Positions 21,717 through 30,802 of a stretch of DNA of 64,000 nucleotides are shown piece after piece. Origin of the DNA: Tetramitus jugosus (Eukaryota > Protista > Heterolobosea); contig OW569355.1 of NCBI GenBank assembly GCA_937625935.1, forward strand, positions 310,001-374,000, given 5' to 3'. Positions within the stretch are counted from its first letter, which is position 1. Each line of letters starts with the position of its first letter. Both the position numbers and the translations under genes were made by a program. The notes beneath the pieces are model-generated. The model was not told where the DNA came from. It worked only from the letters and a program-made list of their open reading frames with translations, and ran no database searches.

Positions 21717-22844
21717 ATGTGTGACGACGTTCAAGCCCTAGTTGTTGATAACGGATCTGGTATGTGTAAGGCTGGCTTTGCCGGTGATGACGCACCAAGA
21801 GCTGTCTTCCCTTCCATCATTGGTAGACCAAAGCAAAAGTCCATCATGGTCGGTATGGGTAACAAGGATGCCTATGTCGGTGATGAGGCTCAATCCAAGA
21901 GAGGTATCTTGACCTTGAAGTACCCAATTGAACACGGTATTGTGACCAACTGGGACGATATGGAAAAGATCTGGCATCACACCTTCTACAATGAGTTGAG
22001 AGTTGCTCCAGAAGAGCACCCAGTCTTGTTGACTGAAGCTCCTTTGAACCCAAAGGCCAACAGAGAAAAGATGACTCAAATCATGTTTGAGACCTTCTCC
22101 GTCCCTGCAATGTACGTTGCTATCCAAGCTGTCTTGTCCTTGTACGCTTCCGGAAGAACCACTGGTATCGTCTTGGATTCTGGTGATGGTGTTTCCCACA
22201 CTGTCCCTATCTATGAAGGTTATGCTTTGCCTCACGCCATTTTGAGAATTGATTTGGCTGGTCGTGACTTGACTGACTACATGATGAAGATTTTGATGGA
22301 AAGAGGTTACTCATTCGGAACTACTGCCGAAAGAGAAATTGTCAGAGATATCAAGGAAAAGCTTTGCTACATTGCTCTTGACTTTGACGAAGAAATGAAG
22401 AAGGCTGCAGAGTCCTCTGTCGTTGAAAAGTCCTACGAATTGCCTGACGGTAATGTCATCACTGTCGGTAACGAAAGATTCAGATGCCCTGAAGTCTTGT
22501 TCCAACCAAACTTTATCGGTATGGAAGCTGCTGGTGTCCATGAGACCACCTTCAACTCCATTGGTAAGACTGATATTGATATCAGAAAGGACTTGTACGG
22601 AAACGTTGTCTTGTCCGGTGGTACAACCATGTTCGAAGGTATTGCTGAGAGATTGACCAAGGAATTGACCAATATGGCTCCTGCTTCCATGAAGATCAAG
22701 GTTGTTGCTCCACCAGAGAGAAAGTACTCTGTCTGGATTGGTGGCTCCATCTTGGCTTCCTTGTCCACTTTCCAACAAATGTGGATCTCCAAGGAAGAAT
22801 ACGAAGACTCTGGTCCAGGTATTGTCCACAGAAAGTGCTTCTAA
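21717..22844 (+). CDS. ACT: Actin
   Basis: Canonical 375-aa intronless actin; TATA-like TATTTAA upstream near 21614. Confidence 0.99.
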
Positions 22845-23175
22845 ATCTTTTCATAAACAATTTTCTTACATACAACTTCGATCCCTTTTTTATGAGATGC
22901 TCATCTTTGTCAGTTTGGGTTCAAGTACTTCTACTGTCACACCAGAAATCATTTATTGCTATTGTTCTGCAATTCCATCATCCCAAAGCTTATCACTTTT
23001 CAATGATGCGCAAACCTCATCCAAGCTGGAACCAGAGTTTAAACTCTCGACTTCAGCTTGATCACTCAACACAAAGCCCAAGTGGTCAAATTCTTCCAAC
23101 TTTGGGTATTTTCCCTCATATCACTCCCAACTTTGTTCATAACTCCATAGAAGTGCAGAGCAAGGAAGAGAAACA

Positions 23176-24277
23176 GAGGAAGATGAGTTGATTCGGCTCA
23201 TTTGTGAGTTTTGATTTTCTTTTCTTTCCGTAGACAGAGTCCGGCGCCACACCGGAGTAACCAAACACTGTCCAGGTGCAAGCTCTTGTACAGTTCTACC
23301 AAGGTCTCGTACCAGTTATCAATCAATTCAAAGTTTGAAAAACAGAGTAAGAACTATCAGGATGATAATCCGCTCACCAGCGAAAGAGGACAATAAGGAA
23401 GTTTGGAAGCTAACAAAGATTTCCTTCACTGTTGACTCCTATGATTATGAACAATTAAAGGGAATGAAGACAAGAGCCATGCGGGCGGTCGAAGAAAACT
23501 CTATGGACAAAGGGGCCGATATTCTCTTCGGAACAAGAGAGGATCGCAAGGAATACTTTGCCATCATCCAAGGTCAAGATGAAGAACATGATGATAAAAT
23601 AGCTCTCTTTATTGAAAACTTCTTCCTTTTGAATGAAGTCTTCAACAAAACTGTGGTGAGATCAAAGGTCAGTAAGTTCTTGAGAGAAGGGATGAACATT
23701 CAACAGGTCAAGCTGGAATACGAAGATCCTGACAATCAGTACATCTCTGGGGAGGTAGCCTCCCAACCAAAATTTGATGCTGTTGTCTACAAGGAAGCGA
23801 CTAAAAACAGCCTTTTGGCTAAGAAACGAAGGTTGAAAGAGATTTCCGTGAGTGACAGTGCCCCTTCGGAGCAAGAAGCAAATGTGACTCCACCCCAGAA
23901 GAAGCTCAAACCTCAGTTTCCCTTCAACATTGATAGGGGACGTGGGACTAGTTCAATGAGCCATGATAGGCTTGTGGAGAAATATCAAGAAAGGATAGCT
24001 CAGATGACGAGTGAACATCGTGCGGAAGTAGCCCAGTTGAGAAATGAGTACAAGCAGCTTATCAAGGAACACCAAGCGCAGATCTCGGAGTTGACCAATC
24101 AACACCAATTGAAGATTGACGAGATGATCGAGGAACAATACAAGAAGATTGACAAGCTTACCGAGGAACATCGCGAGGAAATGAGAAATATGAAGGAATG
24201 AAGGGTTTAAAAACCGATTCAACCAGATCCAGGAACATTCAATAAATACGTCTTTTATTGAGGCATTCGGTGCTGTG
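23176..24277 (+). repeat. Actin-linked repeated cassette, copy A, containing an ORF (23335-24201) for an unknown protein with NLS-like motifs and a coiled-coil tail
   Basis: Highly similar to the reverse complement of 61586-62508. A polypyrimidine-AG acceptor-like site precedes the ORF. Confidence 0.85.
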
Positions 24278-24372
24278 CCTTGTCCACTTTCCAACAAATG
24301 TGGATCTCCAAGGAAGAATACGAAGACTCTGGTCCAGGTATTGTCCACAGAAAGTGCTTCTAAATCTTTTCA
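24278..24372 (+). repeat. Direct repeat of the actin 3' end (last ~28 codons, stop and start of the 3' UTR)
   Basis: Identical to 22759-22853 (CCTTGTCCACTTTCC...TGCTTCTAAATCTTTTCA). Confidence 0.95.
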
Positions 24373-24403
24373 ACGAATTCAACAAGTGCACAAAACAATC
24401 AAC

Positions 24404-24512
24404 TTAAGGTGGCGGTCTACTGTCCATCAAGCCATAATAAAAACATTATGGTTTCCCGATAAGACACCTTAACGCTCCTACATAATCGGGACTTACATAG
24501 CAGCTTGATGGA
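24404..24512 (-). ncRNA. Putative Fanzor omega-RNA scaffold; the guide would continue into the flank below 24404
   Basis: Complementary pairs: 24423-24432/24503-24512, 24432-24438/24445-24451, 24454-24460/24485-24491, and a pseudoknot 24465-24472/24404-24411. It sits at the element end downstream of, and overlapping, the Fanzor stop. Confidence 0.7.
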
Positions 24513-26960
24513 GTGAGCCTTGGAGGTGTTCCACCATTTTGATTAATTCTTTTGCGACCTTTTTCTTCCTCTTGAAGGCATCGGGACGTGACTGTCCATC
24601 CATTTCTGTTCTCAGTAGATGGAGCATGTTCTTGGCCGCATTGATGTCTCTGTTGTGAGTCACTAAACATTTAGTGGTTGCACACTGTTTAACTCCTCGG
24701 ACGACAGAGACATTCAACGTTCCATTCTTGTCTATTCTCTTATGCTTGACTGGCTTCATGTGAGAATGGCAATGATGACATTTCTGACTTGTCATGAACT
24801 CGTCGATCATTTTCACTTTGAAGTGCTCATTCAACTTTTTCAATAGCTTTCCTTTTGGTGTTGGAGCATGTCCTTTGTAACAATGACCAAAACCAGCATT
24901 GCCCATCCCAATTAACATGGTTCTTCCATTTGTTCTCTTTCGAAAGTCATTCATATCATTGGCAATCGTCTTATCTCTCATTATACAGCTATCCCAATTC
25001 AGTCTCTTCACCTTTGGGGTGCAATAAAAATTCAACAAATCATCCTCGACTTTCAATACAGAATTGATGTGTTCAAGGAACAGACCACTTGTTGGTACAC
25101 CGGCCTGTTTGATTGAGTTATGGAGTTCATCCAAGTTCTTCATTTCGTTCCATTCTGCTTTGTATTTCAACAATCACTTGGAGTTTTTTGAATGGTGGGA
25201 CAGATGTCTATATGTTTTGTTAGAAAACACCCACTTCTTGCCATCTGAATCAGCACAACTCACCAATGTAACAATACCCGGGTCAATCCCAACCAAATAT
25301 TCAGCACCTTCGTTCATACTTGCTTCTTTCTTTCTCTTCTTTGCTTCTTTCTGGCCCTTGGATTCCTTTGCCTTATTGTTCTTGTGATTGCCAACGAGTT
25401 TATGTCTCAAGTGTTTGAATATCGGAACAAAGAAGATTCAAATCGACTCTATCAGAACTGACGGTATTTAGGCCTCTGTTGTATTTCAATTCAATGGTTC
25501 AATAACTTGTACATTACCCTTCTTTTGTCCTCCTGGTTTCTTCTTCTGTTGGAGCATATCTGTCAGTTCCGTTGTACCAATCTCCATGCATCTACATTTG
25601 AAGTGGGACAAGGGCAACAATGCAAATGATTTCGTATCATTGCCAATCAGAAACTGTTGAGCATGCCAGTAAAACTTCAGCATGTTATTGGTGTTGTTGT
25701 TCACAAATGATTCATCAATTACTTCGTCAGTTTTAGCACCACCAAGTGTTCGAACCTCTCGGATCAACCCAGGAACGATCTCAATCAATTTCTTTGGAGG
25801 CAGTTTGACAAAATCATAAACTGGAGTGGCAAATGTCAACTTTCGGATGATGCATTCTATGACTCTTCTGTATTCAGACCTTGGGATTGCTTGGTCATTG
25901 TACAATTGATTCATCCTCACTCAAATACTTTCTCAGTCTTTGTTCCAATGTGAACTTGAGCATGTTAGAAATATTGACATTGAGAGACTTGGCAACGTAA
26001 TTGATGGATTTGGAAAATTTCTCATAAATCTTCCTTAGCTTGATTATTACGTCATCCATGTTGATTGCATGCTCGGCCAGGTGCTTTGCAATCATTCCTG
26101 GATGTTGTTTGGGTAGCCTCTTCTTGATAAATTCACACACTTCTATTCCGTCCAAGCTTTCAAACAGTCCATCACAAGCAACGACAATAAATTGTTCCTC
26201 ATTCGTTTCTGAAGATTTTTCTTGTGATGACACTTTTTCCAACGAAAGAGGTCGTAGATCTGGAGTAACAATCAGAGGTTGTTGTTGAGGTGAAACTCCA
26301 TGCACTTGCTTGTCTTCAAAATCTCCGAATGCTCTACTCATTGCTAAATGACCATCAAGTCTGCTCCGACGAACAAAGCCACCATGAGTCTCTATTCTCT
26401 TCTTTTCCAATGGATCGGTCGGTTTGTGATCCTTTGACAGACCCGTTGATGAGGTTGACATTATCGTCTCTTGTCGGGATAACACAATTGTTCTCCAAGT
26501 GGCTCAAAACGAATATGTTTATAAATCTTGTGAGTCGAAGAGCAATCCTTTTCATCTCCAGAACTTGAGTTTGTATGATTAGTAACAGAGTTGGATGATG
26601 TAACAACAGAGACTTCAGACCGACCTTGACCACGTAATGTGATGAGTGTTTGTCCTTTTCGACAGCTTTTAAACCGAGGTAGATGGCCCTTTCCGTTGTA
26701 AAGACAGTCTCAACGGAAAATTTTACAACTGCACCAATTCCGCAGCTTAGAGGAAACTCACATTTATTGTTGAAGCTACTTGAAGCTTCTACTATCAATG
26801 AAAGTGCTAGCCGCATCAAAACTGGTTTCGTTGAAGTATAATCGTGTTGGAATATTGAACTACATCTTTTGCACTTTAGACAACAGAAAGATGACGTTAC
26901 TCGTTAGGCAAATGCTTTTTTTCTTCTTGGGTGGTGGTTCAATCTCGCGTGGTAGCTCTT
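24493..26960 (-). pseudogene. Fanzor1 (TnpB-like RNA-guided RuvC nuclease), disrupted
   Basis: N-terminal VVKVGLKSLL...MKRIALRLTRFINIFVLSHLE; NISNMLKFTLEQRLRKY; KSFALLPL; RuvC-I LVGIDPG; GHAPTP; RuvC-II IDEFMTSQKCHHC; CATTKC plus RuvC-III HNRDINAAKNM; RPDAFKR. Lesions: PP2C insert, frameshift near 25920, inversion ~25373-25487, in-frame TGA at 25174-25176. The 5' limit is approximate. Confidence 0.88.
26066..26444 (-). pseudogene. Captured fragment of a PP2C (PPM) protein phosphatase inside the Fanzor
   Basis: LSKDHKP...EKKRIETHGG...RLDGHLAMSRAFGD...FIVVACDGLFE. The N-terminal DGHGG and C-terminal GSxDN motifs are absent. Confidence 0.9.
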
Positions 26961-27337
26961 GAAAGAAAACGTGTATTGTTGATATCTAGTCAATGTTTTG
27001 TGTGAGGCTTAAAAATCGGCAATGTTAATCATCGTTATTTCCGTTAGACGTAAAAATGTTTATTGGTGATTGTATGTGGAGTTTTATCATCTATTGTGGA
27101 TGATTAACACTTGTGTATGGATTCTGATGTTTTTTGATCGACCCAATTACGAGGAGTTGGTAGACCGCCACCTTAAAAATCAAAAACTTCTCTTGGTGTT
27201 GTCTCTTTAAAATTGCCCAGATTGCTTGTTCTTGCATTCTTTCAATACAAACAAGATGATCTTCAATACAATGCAATTTAACGGTACTTGCTTATCAAAG
27301 TGTGCTCTGCAATTTGACCATTTATTCTTGTCTTTGA

Positions 27338-29239
27338 TTACTCGTACCTGTTGATCAACCAAGATGATTCCTTTGTCTTTTGCAACCTGTTCATTGCCTT
27401 GTTGATGTAGAAGAGGAAAAGAGCAATACCAACAATGGGTGAGATCACACCCAGGTAGTAATAACCATCGGACATTGTTACACAACTCTCTCCGCTCACG
27501 CAAGACTTTGTCATATCAGTTGTTGAACAACTCCAGCGAGTAACGGATTCAGAAGTGGCGGGAGTGCCAGTTGGGACACAAGCCTTGCTCGTCATTAGAT
27601 CAATAAAGTAGTAGCCAAAGAATCTGGGGTATGTTCCACCCAAGTTGGCCAAAGTATTTAAGAATGTCATGTACGTTCCGCCAATTCTTGGATCGGCAAT
27701 CTTGGCAAAGAAACTGCCTTGTGCGACAACCATAAAATTGGAGCACAGAGAATACACGAGAAAGATGAGTAACACCAGTGCATAATACCCTAATGAAACT
27801 TCTCCTCCGTGTGGGAACGTGTACACGAGTAAAACACCGGCCAGAGCAATAAATGCTCTCATCACATAACCGAGCTTCCAAGGCTTCAGTGGCTCTCCTT
27901 CTCTAGATAGTTTGCCAGCTAGAATCGCAAACAGGAACTCGAATGGAAATGCAATGGTGACCAAAACTGCAAGATTATCCTTTCTGAATCCCTTTTCAAC
28001 TAATTTAAGTGGTGTAATCGAATCGGCAACTACAAAACCGAGTCTGCAAATCATGAGAACAATCATGTACGTTTGCATTGCTTTAATATTTCACATCAGA
28101 TAAAATATAGAATTACGGGTGAGTGTTACTATCATTGTTATCAATATCATGAGGTGAATTCACACAAATCAAACATACCTGGTAACTTGATAATAGATAA
28201 AATATGACGATAGACACTCGCGACATCCAAATCAGCAGCATCTAGTTCAATTTCTTTCTCGTGCTTGAACAGAGCCAACAACATCGTAAATACAATGTAG
28301 ACAATTCCCCAAAAGGCCAAATAACCACCAATGGACAAAACTCCAGTGCTCTGAGGCACAGATCGAAGATAGGCATTCGAAAACTCTGGTGAGTTCAATG
28401 CCAAGAATATCGTGTACGACATAAAGTATCCAATACTAAGTCCAATGGATTGACACGTCGAAGCATATCCAATATTATTCTTGTGCAGAATCTCAAGCGC
28501 CCATCCATCCACAGCAATATCCTGAGTAGCAGTCAACAAAATCACCACAAAGAACAACCCTGTCAAGTAGCTAATTTGAATGTGTTGTGCATGAAAAATT
28601 TCGTCCACGTGACTAGAGATGTACAAGAACAAGAAGCCAACAATTAATTGAATGGGAACAATCCATGATTTTCTACGGCCAAATGATCGAATAAACACAG
28701 AGTCAACAATTGGCGACCACAGCAATTTCAAGCTATAGGGATACGAAGCAAAGGAGAAGATACCTAGATCAGTGTAGCTCGAATTTTGTTGAATGAGAAA
28801 CGGAATGGAGCCAAACACCAAACCAATTGGCACACCTTGAATCGTGTCTACACATGATTACACACAAAAAGCAAAAAAGTAACCAATCAAGTCAATTATT
28901 AATGAGTCGATGATGCGCACGTGTCAAAAAAACAAAATCAACCCATAATAAAGAATGCAATCAACCATAAAACTTACACAATGAAATGAGCAATATCATA
29001 TTGTACAAATCATCTCGCATTGCAACTGCAAAACTTGGTCTTCTTTTTCTTGTCGTAGAATCTTGCTGTTCTTCATCTTCTCTCTTTTGAATCGATACAT
29101 TTTGATGATCCACATTGTCCTTTGCAGTGAGCAACGAAGCATCACTAGAAAGCTGCGAGTGTTGTTTTCGCTTGTTGATGGCTTGCGCACTACCACTTGA
29201 TTGTGGTGGAGGAAGATTTTCCTTGTTCTTGGATGACAT
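27338..29239 (-). CDS. Acetyl-CoA transporter (SLC33A1/AT-1, MFS); exons 29239-28978, 28847-28179, 28080-27338
   Basis: LYTIQGVPIGL, YPYSLKLLWSPIVDS, GRRKSWIVP, ATQDIAVDGWAL, DPRIGGTYMTFLNTLANLGG, DGYY. GT-AG introns keep the frame. Confidence 0.92.
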
Positions 29240-29508
29240 AATTCTTGTTGTGTGAACAGCTGTTCATTTACTTTTTGACTGTGGTTGTGGATGTTTTGAT
29301 TGACTTGTGGAAAACAAAACGGGATCTGAATGGGAATAAGTCGGAGGTTTTACTGGTTAAGATTCCGGTTGTTGTGCGAGGGAAACGTGGTTGAGAGGTC
29401 AAATTGCCCGCGCACCAATCCTCGAGATCCTTAAGTGTGATTGCACACCTGAAAGAAAACAAAGGTGCCTTTTGTGTCCGATTGGGAAAGTAGACTCTTG
29501 TTTCATCA

Positions 29509-30618
29509 TCAAGTGTAGCCCTCAGTCAATGCACTATAGTATCGATCATAAATTTCATTCTTGTTGCTGGCACCTGCGAAATGCACCACAAAGTCACCTT
29601 GTTCGAATCTGCCCTGCTTGCACCTTGGTTCCTTTGTTGTCTCCTCAGGATACGAGTTAAATGTCTTTTGGTGAACAATCTTGAATCGATAATCTCGGTC
29701 GTGCTGTTCCTTGAATCGACTGTAGAGATAGGCAATTGCTGCTTGTTCCCACAGTTCTTTGACACCTGGAACAAAATCAGCATCGTTTGTTCGATATACG
29801 AGATCCAAGAATTGATCCACCCATATGGTATTCTGAAACAAAACACTACCAGAGTTCAATCCATTGCAATCCTCACTAATGATAATGTCATAGGATGGAT
29901 CTGCAATCGATTCCAGTGTTACATTGGGGTTCATTATAATCGTGTCCAGATCCAGTAACCAAATCCAGTGACGCGTCGCCTTTTCATCGTACAAGTGATT
30001 TTGAACGAGTTGAACCTTTGACCATGCATGATCTCTCGTCGGGTCCAAATCCACAGTCTGTACAATCAATCCATACCCATGCTTGATTGCATAATTCTGT
30101 TTTTCTTCCAACGAGCGCCGATAATAATAAGAGTTCCATCGATTTTTCACAGCCATCACCACAATGGTAAAGCTCGTACTGACCCAACTCGATGCATCTT
30201 CAACCGATTCAATGGCAGACACACCATTCGCATCCTTCACTTGATTGCTACTACTACTACTGCTACTGCTACTACTACTACTACTACCGTGTTCCACCAA
30301 TTGTCCAAACTGAGCATCATTCTTGTCTCTTATCCGATATGCATTTCTCTTCTTGACCAGAGAGACCAATGATGACGATGATTGAGGCAATTGCTTAATC
30401 ACTGTATTGTGCATGAGAAAGGTGGATGGAAGATCATTTTGTTCATAGGATGCAACTTCTGTGGCATCCAATCTCTCCGTAATCACAAACACATAGAAGA
30501 ATGTGTACAGTAGAATGATACATGTGCAGCTAATAACGAGAAGACGAGTAATCTTGGATTTGCGTGACATGACACTTCCACCTGGTAAGCCTCCTGGTGA
30601 TAATGTTCTCAAAGTCAT
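29509..30618 (-). CDS. Golgi type II glycosyltransferase, GT34 (GMA12/MNN10-like)
   Basis: N-terminal TM; KQNYAIKHGY, AWSKV, WIWLLDLDTIIMN (DxD), DCNGLNSG, WEQAA, FNSY, GDFVVHFAG. Confidence 0.88.
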   Translation of the reverse strand: MTLRTLSPGGLPGGSVMSRKSKITRLLVISCTCIILLYTFFYVFVITERLDATEVASYEQNDLPSTFLMHNTVIKQLPQSSSSLVSLVKKRNAYRIRDKNDAQFGQLVEHGSSSSSSSSSSSSSNQVKDANGVSAIESVEDASSWVSTSFTIVVMAVKNRWNSYYYRRSLEEKQNYAIKHGYGLIVQTVDLDPTRDHAWSKVQLVQNHLYDEKATRHWIWLLDLDTIIMNPNVTLESIADPSYDIIISEDCNGLNSGSVLFQNTIWVDQFLDLVYRTNDADFVPGVKELWEQAAIAYLYSRFKEQHDRDYRFKIVHQKTFNSYPEETTKEPRCKQGRFEQGDFVVHFAGASNKNEIYDRYYSALTEGYT

Positions 30619-30802
30619 GACCTATATGTGTGTGTGTTTGTTTTCCCAGGAGATGTTACTGTTGTTGTTGTTGATGTGTTTGGGTTTGTTTCTGGTTCGA
30701 TTTGGTTTTTGTTTCGGAAAGACCGAATCAGATGCGAGTGATGGAAGCAGCTAAAAGCAAAGCGCGGAATTTATGGTTGGGTGGGGTGAATGGAATAGCA
30801 TT

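Larger units (their letters stand above)
24408..27172 (-). mobile_element. Non-autonomous TIR DNA transposon carrying a Fanzor1 pseudogene; 13-bp TIRs, TTAA target duplication
   Basis: GGTGGCGGTCTAC (24408-24420) is the exact reverse complement of GTAGACCGCCACC (27160-27172). Both are abutted by TTAA (24404-24407, 27173-27176). No transposase is visible inside. Confidence 0.9.

Noticed and set aside
21738-22829. Long antisense and alternative-frame ORFs over actin (also over CCT2, PreP, TPS and the second actin)
   Set aside because: These are shadow ORFs caused by strong codon bias and carry no recognisable motifs.
25174-25176. In-frame TGA in the Fanzor as stop readthrough or an alternative genetic code
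   Set aside because: Host genes here end in TGA (e.g. 8667-8669) and the ORF has several other lesions; a TGG-to-TGA nonsense change is simpler.
25895-26485. ORF-track 196-aa protein as a genuine PP2C gene
   Set aside because: It lacks the N- and C-terminal metal-binding motifs, lies inside the TIR element, and its last ~55 aa are Fanzor sequence.
24408-27172. Bacterial IS200/IS605/IS607 TnpB contamination, or a piggyBac element
   Set aside because: It is embedded among intron-containing genes with a paralogous empty site, has TIR/TSD ends and Fanzor1-type motifs, and its termini are GG..CC, not the CC..GG of piggyBac.
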